Assembly (NCBI GenBank): GCA_959606495.1 | Contig: CAUHJB010000004.1 | Coordinates: 12,813 to 76,812, forward strand | Reading direction: 5' to 3' | DNA from: an uncultured Collinsella sp. | GTDB taxonomy: Bacteria > Actinomycetota > Coriobacteriia > Coriobacteriales > Coriobacteriaceae | DNA length: 64,000 nucleotides | Shown: positions 55,094 to 64,000 of the stretch, piece by piece | Position numbering within the stretch: the first letter of the stretch is position 1 | Layout: each line of letters begins with the position of its first letter | Program-made: the position numbers and the translations under genes | Notes under the pieces: generated by a model | Databases searched by the model: none | The model's input: only the letters and a program-made list of their open reading frames with translations | Told to the model about the DNA's origin: nothing

Positions 55094-57547
55094 ATGCGCG
55101 TTTCTTACGACTGGCTCAAGACCATGATCGATATTCCGGAGGATCCCAAGACCCTTTCGGACGAATATATCCGTACCGGCACCGAGGTCGAGGCGATCGA
55201 CACCGTGGGCGAGTCCTTCGACCACGTGGTGACCGCCAAGGTGCTCACCAAGACCCCGCACCCCGATAGCGACCACATGTATGTGTGCTCGGTCGACGTG
55301 GGTGACAAGAACCTCGATGCCGACGGCAATCCCGCTCCGCTGCAGATCGTCTGCGGCGCGCAGAACTTCGAGGCCGGCGACCACATCGTCACGGCCATGA
55401 TCGGCGCAGTTCTGCCCGGCGACGTCAAGATCAAGAAGAGCAAGCTTCGCGGCGTCGTGTCCATGGGCATGAACTGTTCCGCACGCGAGCTCGGCCTGGG
55501 CGGCGACCACTCCGGCATTATGATCCTGCCCGAGGATACGCCCTGCGGCATGCCGTTTGCCGAGTATGTGGGCTCGAGCGACACCGTGCTCGACTGCGAG
55601 ATCACGCCCAACCGCCCCGACTGCCTGTCCATGATTGGCATGGCCCGCGAGACCGGTGCCATCTTCGACCGCGATTTCCACGTTGAGCTGCCCGTCATCA
55701 AGGCGGAGACCGGCCGCGCGACCGACGACGAGCTTTCGGTCGAGATTGCCGACGAGGGCCTGTGCGACCGCTATGTCGCCCGCATCGTGCGCAACGTGAA
55801 GGTCGGCCCGTCGCCCGACTGGATGGTCAAGCGCCTCAACGCCCTGGGCGTGCGCCCGCACAACAATATCGTCGACATTACCAACTATGTGATGATGCTC
55901 ACCGGTCAGCCGCTGCACGCCTTTGACCTGGACACCTTTGCCGAGCGCAATGGCCACCGCCGCGTGGTGGTTCGCGCCGCCCAGCAGGATGAGAAGTTCA
56001 CGACGCTCGACGGCGAGGAGCGTACGCTCGACGCCGGCATGGGCCTTATCACCGACGGCGAGCGCCCCGTGGCGCTGGCCGGCGTTATGGGCGGCATGGA
56101 TTCCGAGATCGAGGACGATACCGTCGACGTGATGGTCGAGAGCGCCTGCTTCAACGCCGGTCGCACCTCGCACACCAGCCGTGACCTGTCGCTGATCTCC
56201 GACGCCTCCATTCGCTTTGAGCGCCAGGTCGACGAGACCGGCTGCGTGGATGTCGCCAACGTTACCTGCGCGCTTATCGAGGAGATCGCCGGCGGCGAGG
56301 TCGCCCCCGGCTATGTGGACGTGTTCCCCGCGCCCAAGACCATCGACAGCATTAGGCTGCGCCTGGCCCGCGTGCATGCCATCTGCGGTGCCGACATCGA
56401 GCCCGACTTTATCGAGCGTTCGCTCACCCGTCTGGGCTGCACCGTCGAGCGCGACGGCGAGGACTTTATGGTCACCCCGCCGAGCTTCCGTCCCGACCTG
56501 CCGCGCGAGATCGACCTGATCGAGGAGGTCCTGCGCCTGTGGGGCATGGGCCGCGTGACGGCGACCATCCCGGCTGCCAAGAACCACATCGGCGGCCTGA
56601 CCCGCGAGCAGAAGCTCACCCGTAAGGTCGGCGAGATCCTGCGCGCCTGCGGCCTCAACGAGACCACGACCTTTGGCTTTGCCGCCCCGGGCGACCTGGA
56701 GAAGATTGGCATGTCCACCGAAGGCCGCGGCTGCCCCGTGGTGCTCATGAACCCGCTGGTGGCCGAGCAGACCGAGATGCGCCGCTCGCTGTTGCCAGGC
56801 CTGCTGCAGTCCGTTGCCTATAACGAGGCCCACGGCACGCCCAACGTGCACCTGTACGAGGTCGGCAGCCTGTTCCACGGTCGCGAGAACGCCAGCCTGC
56901 CCAAGGAGACCAAGTCCGTGGCGGGTGTGCTCTCGGGCCAGTGGAGCGAGCAGTCCTGGAACATGAAGTACCGTAAGCTGCGCTTCTTCTTTGGCAAGGG
57001 CATTGTCGAGGAGCTGCTCGCCCAGCTGCGCATCGAGAAGGTTCGCTTCCGTCCCGTCGAGGGCGAGGGCTACGCTTTCTTGCAGCCGGGTCGTGCGGCC
57101 GAGGTTCTGTCCGGCGGAACCGTGCTGGGCTGGGTCGGCGAGATTCACCCCGAGGCGCGCGAGGCGATGGGCATCGATGAGGTCGTCGTTGCCTTTGAGC
57201 TCGACTTGGACAAGCTGATCAAGGGCGCCCGCAACCAGGAGAACTACCGTGAGTTCTCGCAGTACCCGGCCGTTGAGCACGACCTTGCCATTGTGGTTGA
57301 CAACTCCGTGACCTGTGAGGATCTTGAGCGCCGCATTACGAGCGCCGGCGGTAAGTTGCTCGAGGGCGTGCGCCTGTTCGACGTCTACCGCGATCCCATC
57401 CGCATCGGAGCGGGCAAAAAGTCCATGGCCTTTGCGCTTACGTATCGCTCCGACGACCACACGCTTACCAGCGAAGAGGTCGAGAAGGCGCACCAGAAGA
57501 TTGTCACCAAGGTGTGCAAGGGCGTAAACGGCGAAGTCCGCTCGTAA
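55094..57547 (+). CDS. pheT: Phenylalanine--tRNA ligase beta subunit
   Basis: MRVSYDWLK N-terminus, tRNA-binding, B3/4, B5, and FDX-ACB regions; 817 aa. Confidence 0.93.
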   Translation: MRVSYDWLKTMIDIPEDPKTLSDEYIRTGTEVEAIDTVGESFDHVVTAKVLTKTPHPDSDHMYVCSVDVGDKNLDADGNPAPLQIVCGAQNFEAGDHIVTAMIGAVLPGDVKIKKSKLRGVVSMGMNCSARELGLGGDHSGIMILPEDTPCGMPFAEYVGSSDTVLDCEITPNRPDCLSMIGMARETGAIFDRDFHVELPVIKAETGRATDDELSVEIADEGLCDRYVARIVRNVKVGPSPDWMVKRLNALGVRPHNNIVDITNYVMMLTGQPLHAFDLDTFAERNGHRRVVVRAAQQDEKFTTLDGEERTLDAGMGLITDGERPVALAGVMGGMDSEIEDDTVDVMVESACFNAGRTSHTSRDLSLISDASIRFERQVDETGCVDVANVTCALIEEIAGGEVAPGYVDVFPAPKTIDSIRLRLARVHAICGADIEPDFIERSLTRLGCTVERDGEDFMVTPPSFRPDLPREIDLIEEVLRLWGMGRVTATIPAAKNHIGGLTREQKLTRKVGEILRACGLNETTTFGFAAPGDLEKIGMSTEGRGCPVVLMNPLVAEQTEMRRSLLPGLLQSVAYNEAHGTPNVHLYEVGSLFHGRENASLPKETKSVAGVLSGQWSEQSWNMKYRKLRFFFGKGIVEELLAQLRIEKVRFRPVEGEGYAFLQPGRAAEVLSGGTVLGWVGEIHPEAREAMGIDEVVVAFELDLDKLIKGARNQENYREFSQYPAVEHDLAIVVDNSVTCEDLERRITSAGGKLLEGVRLFDVYRDPIRIGAGKKSMAFALTYRSDDHTLTSEEVEKAHQKIVTKVCKGVNGEVRS

Positions 57548-57559
57548 TCTTTGCTGTTC

Positions 57560-57654
57560 GGAACCCGCCCCCTGCGGGGTTTTCACGGCAACGTCCTCGC
57601 CACTTCGCGGCTGCGGGATGTTGCCTTAGAAAACCCCTCTCGGGGGCGGGTTCC
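57560..57654. repeat. 95-nt three-segment imperfect hairpin downstream of pheT
   Basis: GGAACCCGCCCCC/GGGGGCGGGTTCC, GGGGTTTT/AAAACCCC, GGCAACGTCC/GGGATGTTGCC. Confidence 0.75.
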
Positions 57655-57873
57655 TGCGTTAACCTTGTTGCGAGCGGACCGCACCTTCTTCCGGGTGACC
57701 GGAAAGTTGGGAGTGCATGGGCCCTTTATTGGGCGGTGCGTGGACCTGGGCTAATAACGTACGTATTGCAAGGGCGTGCTGCGTTGTGGGCGGTGCGCCT
57801 TTTTGTTAGTATGCAGAGTCGGTGTTACGGATTGTTGGAAACGTAACACACAACGTTCTGATTGAGAGGGCTC

Positions 57874-58959
57874 ATGCATATTCCCGATAATTATCTGTCC
57901 CCGCAGACCGATGCCGTTATGGCGGTGGCGATGGTGCCCGTATGGGTTCACTGCATCAAGAAAGTGCGCGCCACGCTCGATCGCGAGCATATGGCCTTTC
58001 TGGGTATTTGCGCTGCGTTCTCCTTTTTGCTCATGATGTTCAACGTGCCGCTGCCCGGCGGCACCACTGGTCACGCCGTCGGCGGCGCGCTCATCGCGCT
58101 GCTGCTAGGCCCGGAGGCCGCGGCCATCGCGGTTTCGGTCGCGCTGGCGTTGCAGGCGCTGCTGTTTGGCGACGGCGGTATCCTGTCCTTTGGCGCCAAC
58201 TGCTTTAACATGGCCTTCGTGCTGCCGTTTGCCGCTGCTATCGTGTTCCGTGCGCTCAACAGCCGTTTGCACGACAAGAGCTGGGGCACCTCGGTTTCGG
58301 CCATCGTAAGCGGCTGGGTCGGCCTGTGCCTGGCGGCCCTGTGCGCGGCGGTCGAGTTTGGTATTCAGCCCATGCTCTTTACTAACGCTTCGGGCGCGCC
58401 GCTGTACTGCCCCTTCCCGCTGTCCATTGCCATTCCGGCCATGATGATTCCGCATATGTTGGTTGCCGGCGTGGTCGAGGGCGTGGCGACTGCCGCGATC
58501 TACGGCTTTATCAAGAAGACGGCGCCGAGCGTTATCGTCGGGCCCGAGGCCGTCGATGGCCAGCTTGCTGCCGAGGGCACAACCGCCAAGAAGACCTCGC
58601 TGGTCCCCACGCTCATCCTGGTCGCCGTGCTTGTCGTGGCTACGCCGCTCGGCTTGCTTGCCACCGGTGACGCCTGGGGTGAGTGGGACGCCGAGGGCGC
58701 CGCGATCGCCGTTCAGGAGGCTGGTGACGACAGTCTGCAGGCTTCGGTCGGTCTCGACACTCCGACCTTTGCCGATGCCCTGCCCACGGGCGATTATCTG
58801 CAGGCCTATTCCGAGGAGCAGGGCCTTGGCTTTGCCGGCCAGGCCGCGATGTATATTCTTTCGGGCGTGATTGGCGTGGCGGTGCTCACCATCGCATTCC
58901 GCCTGGTCTCGCTGACGGTCAAGGAAAGCGGTGCTCATGGCAATAGCCGAGCTGCCTAG
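57874..58959 (+). CDS. cbiM: ECF transporter CbiM/NikM-family substrate component fused to a PDGLE-like C-terminal domain
   Basis: Starts MHIPDNYLS (the conserved Met-His N-terminus). Extra TM plus GDAWGEWDAEG in the C-terminal ~130 aa. Confidence 0.8.
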   Translation: MHIPDNYLSPQTDAVMAVAMVPVWVHCIKKVRATLDREHMAFLGICAAFSFLLMMFNVPLPGGTTGHAVGGALIALLLGPEAAAIAVSVALALQALLFGDGGILSFGANCFNMAFVLPFAAAIVFRALNSRLHDKSWGTSVSAIVSGWVGLCLAALCAAVEFGIQPMLFTNASGAPLYCPFPLSIAIPAMMIPHMLVAGVVEGVATAAIYGFIKKTAPSVIVGPEAVDGQLAAEGTTAKKTSLVPTLILVAVLVVATPLGLLATGDAWGEWDAEGAAIAVQEAGDDSLQASVGLDTPTFADALPTGDYLQAYSEEQGLGFAGQAAMYILSGVIGVAVLTIAFRLVSLTVKESGAHGNSRAA

Positions 58960-59773
58960 TTGGCTTGCGGTCGAGCAGCGTTACGAGCCCGCGGGGGCTC
59001 GGCATCGTGTGATGCAAAAGAACGTCCTGCACCTGGCGAGCCTGCTTGAGCGGGTTCGCCTGGGTGGAGGCGCGAACAAGGGCGGGTCGATGGTCGACCG
59101 CGCCCTTTCTTGCGTTTCGGCTCCGGTGCGCCTGGTGGGGATGTTCGTTTGCGTCCTGTGCGTGTGTCTGACGCAGAGCCCGCTGTACCTCATGTTGATG
59201 GCGGCCATCGCGCTGGTGCTCGTTGCCGTGCGCCCCGCACGCGGGCTGCGTGCGACCTTTGTACCGGCGCTCGGCGCCACGGGGCTTGCGGTGGTTCTGG
59301 CACTGCCTGCCCTGCTGCTAGGCGCGTCTGCCACGGGCGCCATGCTCAAGATTGCACTCAAGACGTTCATTAACGTGTCGCTGGTGCTGGGCGTTTCGTG
59401 GACGCTCACCTGGAGTCGCATGTCGGCGGCGCTTAAGATGCTGCGCCTGCCCGACGAGGTCATCTTTACCTTTGATATGGCACTCAAGCATATCGAGGTG
59501 CTGGGACGCACGGCGCACGATCTGTGCGAATCGGTCATGCTGCGCAGCGTTGGCCGTGCGCCTGAGGGATTTTCGCGTACCGATTCGATCGCGGGTATCA
59601 TGGGCATGACCTTTATCAAGGCGATGGAGTGCAGCCACGCGATGGACGAGGCTATGCTCTGCCGCGGCTTTGCCGGTGCGTACCCGGCGCCCGGGCGGAG
59701 CGGCTTTGGCTGGCGCGATGCGGTTTATGCGGCCGTCGTGGTGCTGCTCGCCGTGTTGTGCGTGGTGCTGTAG
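58937..59773 (+). CDS. cbiQ: ECF transporter transmembrane (T) component CbiQ
   Basis: Hydrophobic 278-aa protein. Overlaps the cbiM end. AAGGAAAG SD. Confidence 0.75.
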   Translation: MAIAELPSWLAVEQRYEPAGARHRVMQKNVLHLASLLERVRLGGGANKGGSMVDRALSCVSAPVRLVGMFVCVLCVCLTQSPLYLMLMAAIALVLVAVRPARGLRATFVPALGATGLAVVLALPALLLGASATGAMLKIALKTFINVSLVLGVSWTLTWSRMSAALKMLRLPDEVIFTFDMALKHIEVLGRTAHDLCESVMLRSVGRAPEGFSRTDSIAGIMGMTFIKAMECSHAMDEAMLCRGFAGAYPAPGRSGFGWRDAVYAAVVVLLAVLCVVL

Positions 59774-59793
59774 CGCGGGCGGCCGAGCCGTCG

Positions 59794-60588
59794 ATGTGGA
59801 TAGGGAAGGGCGACGTTTTGGCAAACGATACGAATGGCGTGATGGGCGCGAGCGGTGCTACTGGCGCCAAGAGCGTGCCGCTCATCGAGTTTCGCGACGT
59901 GGTGTTCTCCTATGCGGGGCATACGGTTGTCGATGGTGTGTCGCTGCAGGTCGATCGTGGTGAACTCGTTGCCCTGCTTGGTCCTAACGGTTGTGGCAAG
60001 ACGACGATCATGCGCCTTATTAACGGCCTTGAGCTTACGGACGCGGGTGCGTACCTGTTCGATGGGCGCGTGGTCGATGCGGCATATCTCAAGGATTCCG
60101 CAGCCGCTCAGCGTTTTCATCAGCGCGTGGGCTTTGTGTTCCAGAATGCCGACGCCCAGCTGTTCTGTGCCACGGTGGGCGAGGAAGTTGCTTTTGGTCC
60201 CGCGCAGATGGGGCTGCCGACAGACGAGCTCGAGCGCCGCGTCCGCGATGCCATGGAGCTGTTCCAGGTTGCCGATCTGGTCGATGCCTCGCCCTATCAG
60301 CTTTCGGGCGGGCAAAAGAAGCGCGTTGCGCTGGCGGCAGTCGTATCGATGAACCCCGATATCCTAGTGCTCGATGAGCCCACCAACGGGCTCGATGAGG
60401 ACTCGTGCGACATCGTAGTCAACTTTTTGCTGGCCTACGTTGCTGCCGGTAAGACGGTTTTGATGAGTACGCACCATCAAGATTTGGTGCGCCGCTTGGG
60501 GGCCCGTGCCATCTATATCGATCGATATCACCATGTGGTCGAGGCGCCTTCGCCGTCGTATGGAACCGAGAGCGGTGCTGCGGAATAG
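59794..60588 (+). CDS. cbiO: ECF transporter ATPase CbiO
   Basis: Walker A GPNGCGKTT, signature LSGGQKKRVA, Walker B ILVLDEPTNGLD. Start uncertain: ATG at 59794 or TTG at 59818. Confidence 0.85.
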   Translation: MWIGKGDVLANDTNGVMGASGATGAKSVPLIEFRDVVFSYAGHTVVDGVSLQVDRGELVALLGPNGCGKTTIMRLINGLELTDAGAYLFDGRVVDAAYLKDSAAAQRFHQRVGFVFQNADAQLFCATVGEEVAFGPAQMGLPTDELERRVRDAMELFQVADLVDASPYQLSGGQKKRVALAAVVSMNPDILVLDEPTNGLDEDSCDIVVNFLLAYVAAGKTVLMSTHHQDLVRRLGARAIYIDRYHHVVEAPSPSYGTESGAAE

Positions 60589-60656
60589 TTGCTGCGTAGA
60601 GGATGCGTAGCCGCCCGCGCGGCTTTGCCGTGATGGTATAGTTATCCAGGTTTTTT

Positions 60657-61517
60657 ATGGGGGTGGCTATGCCAAGCTGGAACATTCATATCGCTCAAAC
60701 GGAGCGCTTGCTGACACGTGCTAGCGTGCTTGCCGATAGCGTGCGCGACCGCAATGCCTTTTTGTTTGGCTGCGTGGTTCCGGACATCTTTGTGGGCTAT
60801 ATGGTTCCTGGCATCGCCGATCCCATCCCGTACCGCATCACGCACTTTGCTAAGCCCGAGCCTATCCCCAAACCACGCGAGCACGAGTTCTGGGATACCT
60901 ATGTGACGCCGCTGCTTAAAAGTTCGCCCACCGGTGCGCCAGCCGCGGCGACCTCGATTATCGAGGAGCGCGAGCGACTGAACCGCGTGCACTATCCCCA
61001 GCGCTACAAGGATGCCGAGCCGGTTGCCGGTCCCGGCGCCTGTGAGTTCTCGCTTGCGTCCGAAGATGTGGCGCAGTCGCTGCTCGATTTAACGCTGGGC
61101 GTCTGGTCGCATCTGGTGGCCGATACCGTATGGAATACGCGCGTGAATCAGTACCTGGAGGCGCACGGCGGCAAGCCGTGCGAGGAATTCCGCATTAAAA
61201 AGCAGGGCGATTTTGACTGGTTTGGTAAGACGCTCGGCATTGTTTCCATCCCGCGTGCGACCGATCGTCTGTATACCGCTGCGGCACGTTTTGGGCAGTA
61301 TCCCATCCATAAGGAGTATGTGCTCAAGACCATCGGCGTTATGCACGAGATTGTGCGCGAAAACCCCGGTGAGCCCGATCATCCGCCATACCGCCTGCTA
61401 ACTGAGGAGTTTTTCGATGCAACGTTTACCGAGGTCATCGAGCTGACCGAGGTGGGCTTTGCGACTCGCGTTGCCGCTTCTGACGTCCCCGCAGTCCCTC
61501 TGATCACTAGCTGCTAG
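60657..61517 (+). CDS. Hypothetical protein (possible zinc-dependent phospholipase C-like fold)
   Basis: N-terminal SWNIHIAQ...FLFGCVVPD..ITHF His/Asp pattern. Assignment is weak. Confidence 0.45.
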   Translation: MGVAMPSWNIHIAQTERLLTRASVLADSVRDRNAFLFGCVVPDIFVGYMVPGIADPIPYRITHFAKPEPIPKPREHEFWDTYVTPLLKSSPTGAPAAATSIIEERERLNRVHYPQRYKDAEPVAGPGACEFSLASEDVAQSLLDLTLGVWSHLVADTVWNTRVNQYLEAHGGKPCEEFRIKKQGDFDWFGKTLGIVSIPRATDRLYTAAARFGQYPIHKEYVLKTIGVMHEIVRENPGEPDHPPYRLLTEEFFDATFTEVIELTEVGFATRVAASDVPAVPLITSC

Positions 61518-62595
61518 CTGGCCGGCTTGACGGCTTGACGGCGAACAGCTCATCCCAATCGACCAATAGCTTCCGCCGCAGGGCATCTTCGGTGGTGCGT
61601 TCCTGATCGGTCTTTGGGATGTAGGGGAGCCCTGCCTTTTTATGGATGAGTTCGGCGATGTTGTTAAAGCTCTTCGTGTCTTTGATTTGCTCATAGGTTA
61701 TCTGGATAACGTCATAGCCCATGCTTGTGAGGGCGGTGGTGCGCTTGGCATCGGAGAGACTTGCGGCTTCGCCATCGTGGGCGGAGCGGCCTTGGCATTC
61801 CAAGATGACGCCCATGCTGTCGGTGTTGCTCTCGATGAGGATATCGGCGTAGCAGCAGGTTTTGTCATACAGTGAGCGCGCGGCGTCGCTGAGTGGGATG
61901 CGCACGTTGTTTGCGATGTTGATGCCCATGCCGCCCTCGTTGCGGGGGAGCGAGACAAGCATGGAGGTCTGTACTTCGAAGGGCGAGGCGGTCTGCCCCG
62001 TCATGTGCTCGGCCGCCCAGCGCAGTTGTTTAACGCCGCGCAGGCCTGCAGCCTGCTTGGCGAACGCGGCGATATCCGCCGCGCTGAGGAGCGGCGGGCG
62101 CTTCCACAAATTGGTGTCATTGCCCTTGGTGTCGACAACACGCTCCCAACCGCAGTTGGGTGGAATGAGCTTAAGCGAAATGGCTTCATCGAGTTGTTGT
62201 TGCGTTCGCTCGCAGGGCGTAAACACTGCAAAGGAGCCGCACATCTCGTAGCAAGCCATGAGTAACTGGTTGCGTGAGACCTGCGTAGCAAGGCTGAGCA
62301 GCGTAAACTCGGGCGACGTGACATCAAATCCATGTTCAGTTTGCCTAAACGACCCGGGAGGCGGCTCTTGGGTCAGGAGGTGCGATTTAAACAGGCTTCG
62401 CGACCCGGATTGTGCTCGAGTGAATACAAGCCTGTGAAGCGGTGCATGAAGCAGGTCTTTTACAACTGCATGACTTCCGAGGCCGCAACATCTGCGATCC
62501 ATATTGCCAAGGCTAATGGCGGGGTAAAGCCCTAATACCTGCGGCGGGATACGGTGATAGTAAAAAGCGGATTGACCGCATAGCGTCAGGTCCAT
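61507..62595 (-). CDS. Hypothetical protein with a C-terminal Vsr/DUF559-like endonuclease-fold region (second copy of this type)
   Basis: Lower-GC ORF. AGGAGGA SD before the ATG at 62595. C-terminus YADILIE...GVILECQGRSAH...YDVIQITYEQI. Confidence 0.55.
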   Translation of the reverse strand: MDLTLCGQSAFYYHRIPPQVLGLYPAISLGNMDRRCCGLGSHAVVKDLLHAPLHRLVFTRAQSGSRSLFKSHLLTQEPPPGSFRQTEHGFDVTSPEFTLLSLATQVSRNQLLMACYEMCGSFAVFTPCERTQQQLDEAISLKLIPPNCGWERVVDTKGNDTNLWKRPPLLSAADIAAFAKQAAGLRGVKQLRWAAEHMTGQTASPFEVQTSMLVSLPRNEGGMGINIANNVRIPLSDAARSLYDKTCCYADILIESNTDSMGVILECQGRSAHDGEAASLSDAKRTTALTSMGYDVIQITYEQIKDTKSFNNIAELIHKKAGLPYIPKTDQERTTEDALRRKLLVDWDELFAVKPSSRPASS

Positions 62596-62647
62596 GATAT
62601 CCTCCTGGTCGAAATGTGCTTTTGGACCGTGCGATGCCAGCGTCAAT

Positions 62648-62773
62648 TCGGAAGTATGCGGCAAAATCTGAACCCTGTGAGCAGACCTGGCTTTTGAGGC
62701 CAGTTTATCAGGCATTTTGTTGCGAAAAAACGGGGTGTGCTCGGAGGTCTCAGAATTTGCCGCATACTTCCGA
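62648..62773. repeat. 24-bp inverted repeat pair
   Basis: TCGGAAGTATGCGGCAAAATCTGA (62648-62671) against TCAGAATTTGCCGCATACTTCCGA (62750-62773); 23/24 complementary. Confidence 0.8.
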
Positions 62774-62950
62774 AAACGCGGTCGATCTAGCTCTTGCTAA
62801 AACGATTTAGCAGCGTCGGGTAAGGTGTGGTTTCGCCATCGGGCGAACACTTTTAGCGCTTGGGACTTTATTTTTGGGCCTCGAAAGGTGGATTTCGCGC
62901 TTTTGGTAAAGAAATGGGTGCGTGTTTTGCCGTGTGCCGGCATTGACACA

Positions 62951-62987
62951 GAAAAAGGGCCCGGAAGGCGAAGCCTTCCGGGCCCTT
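62951..62987 (-). terminator. Rho-independent terminator of pyk
   Basis: AGGGCCCGGAAGGC-GAA-GCCTTCCGGGCCCT with a T-run on the minus strand. Confidence 0.8.
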
Positions 62988-63016
62988 TGCAATGCAAACA
63001 TGCTTGCAAGTACGAC

Positions 63017-64000
63017 TTAACGCACCTGAGCGACGTAAGCGACGTTGGTCGAGGAGACCTTGTCCTCGAGCTGGACGCTCATGCGGGGATCGCCGGCGGT
63101 AGCGACGGTCAAATCGCCAGCCTCGACGTAGCCGAGCTCCTTAGCGGTCTCGATCGCCTTGACGATCGTGCCGTTGACGGTGCCCTGGGTAATCTCGGCC
63201 TGATGCGGGATAACGCCCCAGTACATAATCATCTGCTGGACGGCCCACTCGTGGCGGGAGAACGCGCAGATCGGCATGTTGGGACGGAAGTGCGAGATCA
63301 GGCGAGCAGTACGACCGGTGGTCGTCGGCACGGTGATGCACTTGGCGCCAACGGTGGTGGCCATGTTCACAGCGGACATACCCACAACGTTGTTGACGAC
63401 GCGGGTGCCGTGAGCATCGGCCGGAACCTCGAGCGGAGCGTGGGCCGGGAGGTACTTCTCGGTCTCGAGAGCAATGCTGGCCTGCATCTTGACGGCCTCG
63501 ACCGGGTACTTACCGGCAGCGGACTCGCCGGACAGCATGACGGCGTCGGTGCCGTCATAAATGGCGTTAGCAACGTCGGCAACCTCGGCGCGCGTCGGGC
63601 GCGGGTTCTGCTGCATGGAGTCGAGCATCTGCGTAGCGGTGATAACGGGCTTGTAGGCCGCGTTGCACTTGGCGATGATCTCCTTCTGGATGTGCGGAAC
63701 GAGCTCGGGCTTGATCTCGATGCCCAGGTCGCCACGGGCGACCATGATGCCGTCGGAAGCCTCGAGAATCTCGTCGAAGTTCTCGACGCCCAAGGCGCAC
63801 TCGATCTTCGGGAAGATCGTCACGTGCTCGCCGCCGTTCTCGCGGCAAAGCTCGCGGATGCCGCGGACGGACTCGCCGTCACGGATGAAGGAAGCGGCGA
63901 TGTAGTCGATGTTCTCGGTCAGGCCAAAGAGGATGTCCTGACGATCGCGCTCGGTGATGGCGGGCAGCGAGATGTTGACGTTGGGCATGTTGACGCCCTT
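63017..64000 (-). CDS. pyk: Pyruvate kinase (C-terminal part; the 5' end lies beyond the window)
   Basis: Internal PK motifs (IFPKIE, MVARGDLGIEI, ATQMLDSM, DAVMLSGESA). The frame is open to the window edge. Confidence 0.9.
   Translation of the reverse strand, partial: KGVNMPNVNISLPAITERDRQDILFGLTENIDYIAASFIRDGESVRGIRELCRENGGEHVTIFPKIECALGVENFDEILEASDGIMVARGDLGIEIKPELVPHIQKEIIAKCNAAYKPVITATQMLDSMQQNPRPTRAEVADVANAIYDGTDAVMLSGESAAGKYPVEAVKMQASIALETEKYLPAHAPLEVPADAHGTRVVNNVVGMSAVNMATTVGAKCITVPTTTGRTARLISHFRPNMPICAFSRHEWAVQQMIMYWGVIPHQAEITQGTVNGTIVKAIETAKELGYVEAGDLTVATAGDPRMSVQLEDKVSSTNVAYVAQVR

Noticed and set aside
57661-57861. Cobalamin riboswitch upstream of cbiM.
   Set aside because: No B12 box or conserved core is recognisable. 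Kept only as an open question in the findings.

Overview
This 64-kb window is high-GC and densely coding, and looks like chromosome from an actinobacterium. Gene content suggests a Coriobacteriia or Collinsella-like gut organism, but that is inference only. The large antisense ORFs in the track are shadow ORFs typical of high GC.

Housekeeping genes recognised from motifs: mfd, nth, a MutY-family glycosylase, rmuC, recQ, glmM, pheS and pheT behind a Phe T-box leader, metA, ldh, a partial pyk, rubrerythrin, an M16 and an M32 peptidase, tRNA-Asp(GTC) and tRNA-Val(GAC).

Accessory content:
- A carbohydrate locus at about 18.8-26.8 kb: GntR/UTRA regulator, FrlB-like SIS protein, EamA transporter, mannose-family PTS IIAB-IIC-IID, a second SIS protein and a HAD phosphatase. 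It resembles fructosamine (Amadori-product) PTS/deglycase loci. Two further GntR/UTRA genes and a third SIS paralog sit around recQ.
- A hicAB toxin-antitoxin cassette bracketed by 43-bp direct repeats.
- An ECF-type CbiM(PDGLE)-CbiQ-CbiO metal transporter.
- A lower-GC islet at about 41.9-46.2 kb abutting the 3' end of tRNA-Val. It carries a Schlafen/AlbA_2-HATPase-wHTH protein, an iteron-like GAGAGATAA array, and four small uncharacterised genes (SRA-like, zinc-ribbon, DUF5710-like). This is my best candidate for an undescribed system, possibly defence-related.

The most striking non-coding signal is several unrelated families of intergenic repeats:
- Family A: tandem plus inverted arrays of an 18-19-bp GAGCGTGGA unit at four sites.
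- Family B: a GGGACAGGTTTATTTTGGCAGG element at four sites, which donates stop codons.
- Family C: a ~165-nt element with clear compensatory base changes, a candidate structured RNA.
- Several long unique palindromes.

Start codons were chosen by eye from SD-like motifs. No database search was possible.
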